Notes: generated by a model not told the origin, from the letters alone. 64,000 nucleotides of DNA from an uncultured Anaerolineae bacterium (GCA_964603985.1 CAZRXG010000001.1:10178-74177), one strand, 5' to 3'; counted from the stretch's first letter, positions 27,161-36,946 are shown. Numbers and translations: made by a program.

Positions 27161-27493
27161 ATGGTCAAATTGATGGTCCTCTTCCGGGCAAGTGCGCGGT
27201 TGGCAGAGTATGATGAGCGCTACAATGACTTCCTGATGAAGCTGGAGGCGCTGCCGGGCATACGCAGGAAGGCGGTCGACGTGGTGTACTCCGGGCCGGG
27301 AGGCGTGACGCCCTACCGCGCGGTGATCGAGGTACTGTTCGATGACAGGGCGGCACTCGAAGCGGCGTTGACATCGCAGGAGGGCGTTGAGGCGGGGCAG
27401 CTCCTGCTGGACTTCGCCGGGCCGGATGCGGTGATCCTGTTCGCCGACGCGATGGAAGAGAGCTTCGAGGACGAGAGCGCCGACCGAGCCTGA
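27161..27493 (+). CDS. EthD-family (dimeric alpha/beta barrel) protein
   Basis: 110 aa. MVKLMVLFR...YDERYNDFLMKLEALPG...PYRAVIEVLFDDRAALEAALTSQEG matches the TIGR02118/EthD-like pattern as I remember it. Confidence 0.55.
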   Translation: MVKLMVLFRASARLAEYDERYNDFLMKLEALPGIRRKAVDVVYSGPGGVTPYRAVIEVLFDDRAALEAALTSQEGVEAGQLLLDFAGPDAVILFADAMEESFEDESADRA

Positions 27494-27527
27494 TAACCCT
27501 CCCTGATCGAAAGGCTCTGCGGGCAAC

Positions 27528-30500
27528 ATGCAGACTCTCTGGTCACGCTTCAGCCGATCCACAGCGGCTCGAATTCTGGCCCCGGTGGTGGTGATCGGCT
27601 GCCTGATGCTGACGGCGGCCCACCCCTTCACGTTTGGGGCGATGCCGGACACACACGATGGGCTGCTGCACTTTTACCGGTTGGTGGCGCTGGATCATGC
27701 CGTGCAGCACGGTGACGTATGGCCGCGCTACGCACCGGGGTTGGTGTTCGGCTACGGGGCACCGATCTTCAACTACTATGCGCCGCTCTCGCTGTACCCG
27801 TTTGAACTGCTGCACCTGCTGGGTTTGCGCTTCCTGGACGCCTTTCTGATCGGGCTGATCGGCCTCGCGTTCGCCGGGGCGGTGGGGGCGTACCGGTTGG
27901 GCAAAGTGTGGGCCGGGCGCGAAGGGCCGGTGTGGGAGGGGCAGACGGCGGGGATCGCGACGGCGGTGGCGTATGCTTACGCACCCTACACCCTCTACAA
28001 CTCGCCGCGGCGGGGGGCGGTGGCGGAGTTCGCCGCGCTGGCGCTGCTTCCCTGGGTACTGTGGGCCTTCTGGCGGCTGGCGACGCATGGGCGGCAGCGT
28101 GACCTGGTGCTGGCGGTTGCGCTGCTCGGCCTGTTCATCCCGCTGCATAACATCACCACGCTGCATGGAGCGGTGCTGTTGGCGATTTACAGCATGCTGC
28201 TGTGGTGGATTGGGGACGATCCGCCGCGCACGTTTGTGCGGTTGGCGCTGGCGGGCGTGCTGGCGGTGGGGGTGACGACGTTCTTTTGGCTGCCGGCGCT
28301 GGGCGAGACGGGCTACGTGCAGCTTGAACGCGCGACAGGCCCGGCGTCGGCGGATTTTCACAACAATTTTCACTCACTGGCCGAGACTCTCGCGCTGCCG
28401 ATGACCGCCGACCTGACACAGATCCACCCGCCGGTGCCGCGCCCGCTGGGCTGGCCGCAGATCGTGCTGGGGGTGGTAGGGTTGGCGCTGATCGCCTGGC
28501 GCGGGGTGGGCACCAATGAGGGCAGGCGGTTGCGCGGCTGGTTGGCGTTGGCCGCCGGTCTGGTGGTGATACTGATCTTTCTGACCACGCGGGCGTCGAC
28601 CTGGGTGTGGGAGACCGTGCCGTTGATGCATTACACGCAGCTTCCATGGCGCATGTTGGGGCTGGCAAGCCTGCTGCTGGCGGTCCTGGCCGGGGCGGGC
28701 GTGATGCTGGTTGGGCGGTGGATTCCCCGGCAGGATGGGCGCATGGTGTGGGTGGGATTGTGCCTGGCGACGATGATGGTTTACGCCATCCCGTGGTTGT
28801 ACGGGCTTTACCTGCCCGAACCGCGCGCAGAGAGCATCGTTGATGCGCAGAATTTCGAGCGGGAGACGGGTTGGCTGGCGACCTCGTCGCTGTGGGAGTA
28901 CCTGCCGCGCTGGACGCTGGAACTGCCGGATGAGAACCGGCTGACCGGGCTGTACGCGCAGGGCGATGTGATCCCCAGGTTGCAGCCTGCGCCGGGCGTG
29001 AGCGTGGATGAGGCAAAGTGGGGAGTGACCGGTGCCACCCTTAAGGTGAGGGTTGAAGAGAAGACGACGCTGATCTTCGACTGGCTTTACTTCCCAGGCT
29101 GGTGGGCGAGGCTGGATGGGGAAGTGGTCGCCATTGCCCCGACGCAGCCGCAGGGTTTCGTGGGCGTCGAGGTCCCGGCGGGGGAGCACAGGCTGGAATT
29201 GGGCTTCGGGCCGACGGTGCTGCGGCTGGTGGCGATGATCGTGAGTGGGGTTTTTCTGTTGGGGTTGGTGGGGGTTTTGTTTGTGCGCCCGCTGTGGCGG
29301 TCGGGCGGAGAAACGAAGCCCGGCGGCGATCTTCATCCACCATATGTGGGAGGAGGAACCGCAGATGTAGGCGGTGATGAGAAAATGGCCCCCATCGCCC
29401 GGCCCAGGCTGCGGGGTTGGTGGGTGTTTTTGGTCGCGGCGGTGGTGGGTGTGCTGCTGTTCGCGGGGAAGGTGTTCCTGCTCGACAACCTGGAGACGCC
29501 GATCAAGCGGGCGCGCTTCGCGCATGGGGTGGAGGACGGGTTGCAGACGCCCGTCCTGGCGAGCTTTGGGAAAGAGATCACGCTGCTGGGTTTCGACCTG
29601 GGCCGGGCGGAGGTCACGTCGGGGCGCTCGACCGCGCTGGCGCTGTACTGGCAGTTGGCCGGGGAGATGGTCGAGGAGGATTATTCGACGGTGGTTTACC
29701 TGCGTGATGCGGCGGGCAACGTGATCGCGCAGACCGGGTCGCAGCATCCCGGTGATTGGCCGACGAGCGACTGGGTGCCCGGCTTTTACGTGCAGGAGAG
29801 GCTGGCGCTGGACGTGCCAGCCGCGACCCCGCCCGGCCAGTATGCGATCCACGTGGCGCTGTATTCGCACCTGGCAAAACGCAACCTGGACACATTTGAC
29901 GCAGGGGGGAATCCGCTGGGCGTGACAGTTGAGATCGGCAGGTTGGAGGTAACACGCCCGCGCCGCCCGGCCCGGCTCGACAACCTGGACACGGGCGGGC
30001 AGATCAACGCACACCTGACGGATGACGTGACATTGATCGGCGTGAACCCACCGCCGGCGAGCAGCGAGGTTGGCCTGCCGTTCCCGGTGGTGTGGTACTG
30101 GCGGGCGTGGTCGCAGCCAGAAGAGGCGTATGGGGCGCGGCTGCTGTGGCTGGAGGGTGAAGAGGTCGCTGCCGCGTCGCCGGTGATCGTGCCGACGACC
30201 GGTTATCCCAGCGACCGGTGGGCCAGGCACGACGTGTGGAGAGGCGTCCACCGGGTGCATGTCCCCGGCAGGCTGGAAGCGGGTAAGTACGACGTGGCGG
30301 TGCAATTGACCGACGCGGGTGGTGAGCCGGTTGGGGAGTGGGTGGTTATCGGCACGATGACGGTCAGCACGCCGCCGCGCACGTTCAACGCGCCGGAGAT
30401 GGGTGTGCTGGCAGATGTGGCCTGGGAGAATGGGCTCCGGCTGCGGGGCTACGACCTGCCGGAGGAACAGGTGACACAGGGGGATGGGTTGGATCTGACC

Positions 30501-30809
30501 TTGTATTGGCAGCCTGAAGAGGAGATCGGCACCAGCCTGACGGTTTTTGTGCACCTGTTTGATGGAGAGGGGCACATCGTAGCACAGCAGGATCAGATCC
30601 CGGTCGGCGGCACGCGCCCGACGACGGGTTGGGCACCCGGTGAGGTGATCGGCGACCCGTACAGGCTGTTTGTGGGGATGGGCGTGCCGCCAGGCGAGTA
30701 CCGGGTGCGGGTCGGGTGGTACGATGCCAGGACGGGCGAGCGTGTCAGGCTGGTGGACGGAAGTGACTACTGGTTGCTGCCGCAGACCGTGTGCGTAGGG
30801 GGATCGTAG
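27528..30809 (+). CDS. Large polytopic membrane protein with a GT-C-like (PTPS-related/YfhO/ArnT-like) N-terminal domain and three C-terminal tandem repeats of about 125 aa
   Basis: 1093 aa. The N-terminal motif is PDTHDGLLHFYRLVALDHAVQHGDVWPRY...GAPIFNYYAPL, followed by more than 10 TM segments. Two additional TM segments lie near residues 561-587 and 631-650. The three homologous modules are nt 29559-29951, 30003-30368 and 30411-30797. Confidence 0.7.
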   Translation: MQTLWSRFSRSTAARILAPVVVIGCLMLTAAHPFTFGAMPDTHDGLLHFYRLVALDHAVQHGDVWPRYAPGLVFGYGAPIFNYYAPLSLYPFELLHLLGLRFLDAFLIGLIGLAFAGAVGAYRLGKVWAGREGPVWEGQTAGIATAVAYAYAPYTLYNSPRRGAVAEFAALALLPWVLWAFWRLATHGRQRDLVLAVALLGLFIPLHNITTLHGAVLLAIYSMLLWWIGDDPPRTFVRLALAGVLAVGVTTFFWLPALGETGYVQLERATGPASADFHNNFHSLAETLALPMTADLTQIHPPVPRPLGWPQIVLGVVGLALIAWRGVGTNEGRRLRGWLALAAGLVVILIFLTTRASTWVWETVPLMHYTQLPWRMLGLASLLLAVLAGAGVMLVGRWIPRQDGRMVWVGLCLATMMVYAIPWLYGLYLPEPRAESIVDAQNFERETGWLATSSLWEYLPRWTLELPDENRLTGLYAQGDVIPRLQPAPGVSVDEAKWGVTGATLKVRVEEKTTLIFDWLYFPGWWARLDGEVVAIAPTQPQGFVGVEVPAGEHRLELGFGPTVLRLVAMIVSGVFLLGLVGVLFVRPLWRSGGETKPGGDLHPPYVGGGTADVGGDEKMAPIARPRLRGWWVFLVAAVVGVLLFAGKVFLLDNLETPIKRARFAHGVEDGLQTPVLASFGKEITLLGFDLGRAEVTSGRSTALALYWQLAGEMVEEDYSTVVYLRDAAGNVIAQTGSQHPGDWPTSDWVPGFYVQERLALDVPAATPPGQYAIHVALYSHLAKRNLDTFDAGGNPLGVTVEIGRLEVTRPRRPARLDNLDTGGQINAHLTDDVTLIGVNPPPASSEVGLPFPVVWYWRAWSQPEEAYGARLLWLEGEEVAAASPVIVPTTGYPSDRWARHDVWRGVHRVHVPGRLEAGKYDVAVQLTDAGGEPVGEWVVIGTMTVSTPPRTFNAPEMGVLADVAWENGLRLRGYDLPEEQVTQGDGLDLTLYWQPEEEIGTSLTVFVHLFDGEGHIVAQQDQIPVGGTRPTTGWAPGEVIGDPYRLFVGMGVPPGEYRVRVGWYDARTGERVRLVDGSDYWLLPQTVCVGGS

Positions 30810-30840
30810 AGAACCGCCGATAGCGCACGGCGGGGCGGCG

Positions 30841-32289
30841 TCAGGTCAGTACGTGCGGTTCGTCGTCGGAGGTGTCGTCGGTCTGGCGCTTGCTGCGGCG
30901 GCGCATGTTGTGAGCCTTTGCTTCCAGGTCGCGGAAGAAGTCGGTCTCGACAATCGCGTCGACCTGCTGCTGGCGCTTGGCGGCGTCAACCTTGATGCGT
31001 AGCTGCTGCACCTCTTTTTTGAGGCGCTGCTCGCGGGTGTAGACCTCGCGGGCCATGCGCCGGAAAACGCGGGCGAGCTGGCCCAATTCATCTCCACGGT
31101 CGGTGACAGTGTCTAGCGATTCGACCACGAACTCCCCGGCTTCGACTGAGGTCGCTGCGTGGGTAATAGCCAGAATGGGCCGGATGATCCAGCGTGCGAT
31201 GACCAGCCCCAGGAGTGCCGCCATCACCAGGACGAACGCCCCCAGCAGGGCGGTGGAATGGACGTTGTCGTAGATGGGGCCCATGAAGTCCGCTTCGGGG
31301 ATGATGACGACGATGAGCCAGTCGGGTGATTGGCCGTCCTGGAGGGGCGTTACCTGGAGGAAGTGGCGTTTGCCCCCCATCCTGGCGATGAACTGCCGTT
31401 CGCCGTCGACCCGGTCGAAGCTGCCGAACTCGTCAAGCAGATAGCGGGCTGCGTCGTGGATCAGTGGCTCGCTGCTGTCGGTGGCTTTGAGGCGCTGTTG
31501 TTCGCCCTCGATGACGACGTAAGGTGGCTCCGAGGCGGAGCTGGCGACGATCTCGCCGGACTGCTCGATGATGAACGCCTGCCCGGACTGGCTGATCTCC
31601 AGACTGTGCAGGAAGTCGCTGATCTGGGCCAGGGAAAGCTCGATGCCCAGGACTCCCTGGAGAGCGCCCACCTCGTCGTAGACGGGCATGACAGAGGTAA
31701 TGATGAGGATGGGACGGGAGATGTCGGGGTAGATGGGACTCCAGGTTGAGGAACCGGCCTCGACGGCGGCCTGGTACCAGGGGCGGACGCGGGGGTCAAA
31801 GTCGACGCTGTCGAGTAACTGGGCGGGGTTGTGCTGATCGTCGAGGCGGTAAATGTCCATCTTGGGAGCGGTAGACTCGTTCAGCTCCCAGAGGACGAGC
31901 GACCCGTCCACCTCGCGCTGGATGCCCATGAAGGTGCCCTGTTCGCTGCCGAAGTAGATGAAGGGCACCGACTCGGTCAACTGAACCTGTTGTAAGAAGT
32001 AGTGCTCCAACTCCTCGGCGTCCGATAGATCCAGGTTGCCGGTGCGGACGGCGGCGACGTTCACCTGGTGCAGGAGATGAGACGTGCCCAGGAAGGTGCG
32101 GGTGTGCTCTTCGATGCGGGCGGTGGTCTCGCGGCCCAGGCGGGTGGCGAGTTCTTCGACGGCCTGCTTGCCGCTGCGAAAGGCCAGCCAGCCCGTCAGT
32201 CCGACGGTGGCGACGATGAGGGCGATGAAAAGCGCGGGAATCGCGTGGCGGATCGAAATGGAAGGACGGCGGTCAGAGTTCGCGGCCAT
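30841..32289 (-). CDS. Membrane sensor-like protein: dCache, TM and HAMP followed by a short coiled coil, with no recognisable output domain
   Basis: The ATG at 32289 is preceded by AGGGAGGGGGA. TM1 is AIPALFIALIVATVGLTGWLAF. The Cache region includes FDPRVRPWYQAAV...WSPIYPD...GVLGIELSL. HAMP reads RPILAITHAATSVEAGEF...GDELGQLARVFRRMAREV. The protein ends after QQLRIKVDAAKRQQQVDAIVETDFFRDLEAKA. Confidence 0.75.
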   Translation of the reverse strand: MAANSDRRPSISIRHAIPALFIALIVATVGLTGWLAFRSGKQAVEELATRLGRETTARIEEHTRTFLGTSHLLHQVNVAAVRTGNLDLSDAEELEHYFLQQVQLTESVPFIYFGSEQGTFMGIQREVDGSLVLWELNESTAPKMDIYRLDDQHNPAQLLDSVDFDPRVRPWYQAAVEAGSSTWSPIYPDISRPILIITSVMPVYDEVGALQGVLGIELSLAQISDFLHSLEISQSGQAFIIEQSGEIVASSASEPPYVVIEGEQQRLKATDSSEPLIHDAARYLLDEFGSFDRVDGERQFIARMGGKRHFLQVTPLQDGQSPDWLIVVIIPEADFMGPIYDNVHSTALLGAFVLVMAALLGLVIARWIIRPILAITHAATSVEAGEFVVESLDTVTDRGDELGQLARVFRRMAREVYTREQRLKKEVQQLRIKVDAAKRQQQVDAIVETDFFRDLEAKAHNMRRRSKRQTDDTSDDEPHVLT

Positions 32290-32405
32290 TTCCCCCTCCC
32301 TGATCGGTGCAACAGAGTACCGCACCGATGTTACCCGGACACAACGTAATTGTAGCCCACTTGATCCCACCCTGGCGAAACCGCCAGCGGTGCGCCCGGT
32401 CTGGA

Positions 32406-33533
32406 CTATTGGCCGGACAGTTCGGCGTACAGCTCGATGGCGCGGGCGGACAGATTATCCCATGACAGATGCCTGGCGTGCAGGTGGGCGGCCTGACCCA
32501 TCCTGGCGCGGCGGTCGGTGTCGCTCAGAATGGCAACCAGTGCATCGGCGGTGGCTGCCGGATCGTTCTGAGGGACGAGCAGGCCGGTCTCGCCGTCGAT
32601 GATGGCCTCCATCGCGCCGCAGTTGAGGGTGCCGATGGAGGGCGTACCGGCTGCGGCGGCCTCCAGAAAGACGAACCCCAACCCCTCGAAGCTGCTGCCC
32701 TGGTTGACCGAGGGCAGGATGAACACGTCGGCGTGCCGGTACCAGGCGGTGAGCGCGCCGTAGGGTGGAAGTTGGCCCAGGAAGTGCACGCTCCCGGTGA
32801 TGCCCAGCTCGTCGGCGCGGTGGCGCAGGCGTTCAACGTACTCCGGAGCAGCAGCCAGACTGCCAGCCATGGCATAGTGTAGACCAGGAATATGCTCGCG
32901 CGCCAGAGCGATAGCCTCCAGAGCGATGTGCTGGCCCTTGCGCGGCTTGACGCCGCCGACGCTCAGGGCGACCGGCTCGCGCCCGATCCAGGAAGGCAGT
33001 TCGGCCTCGACCGGCCCCTCGAAGCGCTCCGGGTGGACGCCGCCGGGCAGCACCTCGACGCGGGGAAGGCTGACCAGACGGGTCATCCAGTCGTGGGTGA
33101 ATCCGCTGATGCTGAGGATCGCGTCGGCGGCACGGAAGGCGGGAGCGAATACGGCGCGGGTCGCCGGGTTTTCGAGGGGACGGATGGCCCAGGTGCCGAA
33201 CACGGAGAGCACGTAGGCCACATCGTGGGGGCGGGCGAGTGCCACGAGGGGGGCGTAAAGCTCGACGATGCAGTGGACGACATCGCAGGAGGTGAGGATG
33301 CGGCGCAGGCGGGGCGCGCGGAGCAGGGTGCGAGGGGTGGTCAGGCGGGCGGCGAACAAAGGAGGCAGGATGGGGTGGTGCTCGACATCAAACAGGGAGG
33401 GATCGACATCGGGATTGGCGGTGACGAGCACCGGCTCGATGCCACGAGAGCGCGCGCCTAGTGCTACCTCGACGGTGTAGCGGCCCCAGCCGTCGATGCT
33501 GAGGGCCTGGGTTGAGACGTAACAGACGCGCAA
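32406..33533 (-). CDS. Family 4 glycosyltransferase
   Basis: The start is reassigned to the TTG at 33533, with GAGGAG 6 nt upstream, giving (M)RVCYVSTQALSIDGWGRY. The C-terminal EGLGFVFLEAAAAGTPSIG is a GT4 (Glycos_transf_1) signature. The 457-aa track ORF overlaps the upstream gene. Confidence 0.8.
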   Translation of the reverse strand: MRVCYVSTQALSIDGWGRYTVEVALGARSRGIEPVLVTANPDVDPSLFDVEHHPILPPLFAARLTTPRTLLRAPRLRRILTSCDVVHCIVELYAPLVALARPHDVAYVLSVFGTWAIRPLENPATRAVFAPAFRAADAILSISGFTHDWMTRLVSLPRVEVLPGGVHPERFEGPVEAELPSWIGREPVALSVGGVKPRKGQHIALEAIALAREHIPGLHYAMAGSLAAAPEYVERLRHRADELGITGSVHFLGQLPPYGALTAWYRHADVFILPSVNQGSSFEGLGFVFLEAAAAGTPSIGTLNCGAMEAIIDGETGLLVPQNDPAATADALVAILSDTDRRARMGQAAHLHARHLSWDNLSARAIELYAELSGQ

Positions 33534-33543
33534 GGTTGTCTCC

Positions 33544-34782
33544 TCAGTCGGGCCGATCAAGTGCGTCCCGGATGAAATCGAGAATTTGGCGGGCGCGGGT
33601 GTCCCAGGTGTAGTGTAGCACGTCGTGGGCAGCATGCGCTGCCAGCCGCCGACCCAGGGCGGGATCGTCGCGCAGGCGGCGCAGGGCGTCTGTAAGTGCG
33701 GCGACATCGCCGGGGGGCACGAGCAGGCCGTTCTCGGCGTGGTGGATGACCTCGGCGGTGGTGGGCAGGTTGGAGGCAATGAGTGGGCTGCCGGAGGCCA
33801 TGTACTCGAAGAGCTTCATGGGGGAGGTGTAGTAGGCATAGAACTCGGACCAGGGGGAGGGCATGACGCACACGTCGAAGGCACGCAGGTAGCCGGGCAC
33901 GTCGGTGGGGGGGACGTGGCCGGGATAGAGTACGAAATCGGGGGGAAGCCCGCCGTTCTGGAGTGAGATGCGTAGTCCGGTGACGTACTCGGCGGGGCTG
34001 CCGACCAGGGCCAGCCTAACCGGTTGGCCGGGCTCGCCAGCCAGCGACGAGGCGGCAGCGGCGAGCAGATCCAGGCCGCGGGCCATGCGCTCCAGCCCGC
34101 CGTAGAAGCGGCCCGCGTAGCCGACGATGAAAGCGTCGAGAGGCCAGCCAAAGCGCCGTCGCCAGTGGGCACGGTCGCCCTGGATGGCGAAGCGGGCGGG
34201 GCGGACGCCGTCGTGGGCGACGATGATGCGGGTGGGAGGGGGTGACAGTGCAGCATAGCGGTGGTGAAGCTGCCCGGTGATCACGATGAAACCGCCGATC
34301 CGCGTGGCAAGCCCCTCACGCAGGCGCAGGCCGAGGCGGGACGCGGGGAAGGTATGGGCTTCGAAGAAGGCGCGGCGCGCACGGTGGGGCCACAGGGTGG
34401 CGACCAGCAGCAGGGAGAGGGGATCGCGGGAGTAGAGGATAGCGTCGCGGTGGCGGGTGAGGTGGATAAGCAGTGAGGCGTTGTAGGTGGCGGTCTGGAG
34501 GGCGGCGGCGATCTGCTCGGCGGGCAGCCGCAGGCGACCCGGCAGACGCCTCGCCAGCGGGAAGAGGTCGAGGCAGGGAAGACGAACGGCGGAGAAGAGA
34601 CGCTCGATGCCGTAGTAGCTCCAGATATCGCCGGTGCGCAGGGCGGGTGGGTTGCGGCGGTTGGCGTAGAGAAGGGTCACGTCGGCACCCGCGCTGGCGA
34701 AAGCCTCGCACATCTGGACGATCTGGTAGGGATGGGCCTTCTCGCTGGGGATGCGGGCGTTGGCGGCGTAGAGCAGCTTCAC
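33544..34782 (-). CDS. Family 4 glycosyltransferase
   Basis: MKLLYAANARIPSEKAHPYQIVQMCEAF at the N-terminus and FEYMASGSPLIASNLP near the C-terminus. A 4-nt overlap links it to the upstream gene. Confidence 0.8.
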   Translation of the reverse strand: MKLLYAANARIPSEKAHPYQIVQMCEAFASAGADVTLLYANRRNPPALRTGDIWSYYGIERLFSAVRLPCLDLFPLARRLPGRLRLPAEQIAAALQTATYNASLLIHLTRHRDAILYSRDPLSLLLVATLWPHRARRAFFEAHTFPASRLGLRLREGLATRIGGFIVITGQLHHRYAALSPPPTRIIVAHDGVRPARFAIQGDRAHWRRRFGWPLDAFIVGYAGRFYGGLERMARGLDLLAAAASSLAGEPGQPVRLALVGSPAEYVTGLRISLQNGGLPPDFVLYPGHVPPTDVPGYLRAFDVCVMPSPWSEFYAYYTSPMKLFEYMASGSPLIASNLPTTAEVIHHAENGLLVPPGDVAALTDALRRLRDDPALGRRLAAHAAHDVLHYTWDTRARQILDFIRDALDRPD

Positions 34783-35867
34783 TTCTGGAGTGCCTCCAGC
34801 AGCCGTTGGCCCAGAGCGGCCTCGTTGAATCCGATCCGTGTGCGGGTGCGGCCGGCCTGTCTAAGCCGGTCACACAGATCGGGGTCGTCAATCAGGCTGG
34901 TAATGGCCTCGGCCAATGCCTTTGCGTCACCCGGTGGGACGGCCAGCAGGTGCTCGCCGGGCATGAATGCGTCACGCAGGGCGGGTGTATCGGCGGTGAT
35001 GAGGGGTTTGCCTAACGCGAGCGTCTGGTAGACCTTGTTGGGCACAACGCGGGAGGCCTTCGCAGAGGTTCCGAAGACGCCCAGGCAGACATCGGCGCGG
35101 GCGACCAGGCCCGGCAGCGCGGTGGGGGTGACAGGCTCACGGAAGGCGACGTGCTCAAGTTTCAGATCGGCGGCAAGCTTCTGAGCGGCGGGATAGGTCT
35201 GGCCGCGGCCAATCAGCTCAAAATGTATGTCGGCCCGCTTGCGCAGGTGGTGAGCGGCCCGCAGGATAGTCTCGACGCCGTGTAGGGGGATGTACGTGCC
35301 GTAGAACAGAACCAGCATGCCGGGCAGGCCATGGGAGGCAGGCGGCGTCTCGAACCACTCCTGGGGTGCACCGACCGGGATGACAACACTCCTGCTGGGC
35401 GAGATGCCGAAGGTGTGGACGAAGTAGTCGCGGTGCTGGGCGGTGTCGAAGAGAGCCAGGTCGGCGAGGCGGATCGCGAGCCAGTCGGCGAACCAGTAGC
35501 GGAGCGCGTTGGGTGAGCGTGGGTGGGCCGTCGCGCGGTCGTGGACAGCGGAATCGTAGAGTGAGGTGAAGGCGTCGACGATCAGGCGCTTGTGGTGGCG
35601 GTGCGCCATCCACCAGGCGAAGGGAGCGAGCGTCTGGTTGAACTCGGCGAGCAGGATCACATCACCCCAGGCAGCTATCGCGGCATACTGCTGTCTCAGA
35701 GAGCGCATGCGGGCCACTGTTTTGAGCGTGGGGGAGACGCGGCAGTCAACGACGGTCGCGCCCTGGCGGGTCAGCCCCCGGCGTAGGACCTGGTTACGCG
35801 GGTAGGCTGGATCGTAGGCTCCAAGATAGCAGACGCGGGGCCGGTATCCCTGCTCTTCCTGGCTCAT
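34779..35867 (-). CDS. Glycosyltransferase (GT1/GT4-like, GT-B fold)
   Basis: RVCYLGAYDPAYPRNQVLRRGLTRQGATVVDC at the N-terminus and VVPNKVYQTLALGKPLITADTPALRD at the C-terminus. A 4-nt overlap links it to the upstream gene. Confidence 0.7.
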   Translation of the reverse strand: MSQEEQGYRPRVCYLGAYDPAYPRNQVLRRGLTRQGATVVDCRVSPTLKTVARMRSLRQQYAAIAAWGDVILLAEFNQTLAPFAWWMAHRHHKRLIVDAFTSLYDSAVHDRATAHPRSPNALRYWFADWLAIRLADLALFDTAQHRDYFVHTFGISPSRSVVIPVGAPQEWFETPPASHGLPGMLVLFYGTYIPLHGVETILRAAHHLRKRADIHFELIGRGQTYPAAQKLAADLKLEHVAFREPVTPTALPGLVARADVCLGVFGTSAKASRVVPNKVYQTLALGKPLITADTPALRDAFMPGEHLLAVPPGDAKALAEAITSLIDDPDLCDRLRQAGRTRTRIGFNEAALGQRLLEALQK

Positions 35868-36946
35868 GACGCGGCAACCTCCTCCAAAACGCCCACCAGC
35901 CGGTCGATGAAGCCGCCAAGATCGTGATGGGGGCGCATGTGCTGATACAGGCGCTCGCCGAGCGCGGCCCGCTCCTCCGGCGGGCTTTGGAGCACCCCGG
36001 CCAGCCGGTCGGCGAGCAGACCGGGGTCAAGTTCACGGCACCACAGTGCCCCGGCGTCGTCGCCCAGGAGAGGCAGGAAAGTCTGGTTGTGCACGACGAC
36101 GGGGACCCCGCCGGCCATGCTCTCAAGCACGGCCTTGTCTGCGCCGCCGGTGGGGCACAGGTTGACGGTCACGGTGGCGCGGTGGTAGAGGGCGGGGATC
36201 TGGTGATGAGGCACGACCCCCAGGAAGTCAACGTGCCCGGCAACTCCGTGCTCGCGGGCCAGGGCGCGGAGCTTTTCGGCGTAAGCTCCGCCGTGCTCCG
36301 GCGTTGGGCCGCCGGCGATGGCGACACGCACGTCTTCGAAGTCGGGGCGGGTGGCGAGGCGCGCGGCGGCCTCGATCAGGACTTCGTAGTGCTTGATGGG
36401 TGAGAGGCGGCCCACGGCGAGGATCAGGCGCTCCCGCTCCGCAGCGGGGCGGCCACCGGCGGGGGGACGGAAACGGGATGAGTCGATGCCGTGCCCCAGA
36501 ACGGTCAGCTTGTGGCTGGGCAGGGTGAAGCTCTCAGGCGAAGCGGTCACGACGCGGTCAACCAGGGCGTGGACGAGGCGCAGCTCAAGGGTGATCTGGC
36601 GGTGGGTGTACCACTGCACCGTTGGCACGCCGAACAGTTTCGCCCAGGGCGCGGCAATGAGCGTGAAGCGCGGGATCATGTGGCCGAACAGCACGTCGGC
36701 GCGCAGGAGATGGGGCACGACGGCACGCTCAAACTCGAACAGCTCGCGCAGGCGGCCATAGCCGCGTTCTTTGCCCATTGAGGAGATGGTGACGTTGGGA
36801 GGCAGGTCGTATTGGCCCATCTCCAGGCAGATAACGTCGAGGCGCTCGACGTGCTGGTGGCGGGCCAGCCTGTCGATCCAGGCGTGGATGAAGGCGGTCA
36901 GCCAGCCGTGCTGATCGACCTGGGGGGTGAGCATCAGAACGCGCAT
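35864..36946 (-). CDS. Family 4 glycosyltransferase
   Basis: MRVLMLTPQVDQHGW at the N-terminus and DKAVLESMAGGVPVVV near the C-terminus. The ATG shares 1 nt with the upstream stop (TGATG). Confidence 0.8.
   Translation of the reverse strand: MRVLMLTPQVDQHGWLTAFIHAWIDRLARHQHVERLDVICLEMGQYDLPPNVTISSMGKERGYGRLRELFEFERAVVPHLLRADVLFGHMIPRFTLIAAPWAKLFGVPTVQWYTHRQITLELRLVHALVDRVVTASPESFTLPSHKLTVLGHGIDSSRFRPPAGGRPAAERERLILAVGRLSPIKHYEVLIEAAARLATRPDFEDVRVAIAGGPTPEHGGAYAEKLRALAREHGVAGHVDFLGVVPHHQIPALYHRATVTVNLCPTGGADKAVLESMAGGVPVVVHNQTFLPLLGDDAGALWCRELDPGLLADRLAGVLQSPPEERAALGERLYQHMRPHHDLGGFIDRLVGVLEEVAAS

Noticed and set aside
32406-33779. Long N-terminal extensions given by the ORF-track starts of several genes: 32406-33779, 36946-38274, 41725, 48858, 51036, 59649, 8101, 30841-32370 and 20558.
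   Set aside because: The extensions overlap the preceding gene or a terminator, lack family similarity and are Pro/Arg/Ser-rich. Internal starts with SD sequences and correct N-terminal motifs were chosen instead.
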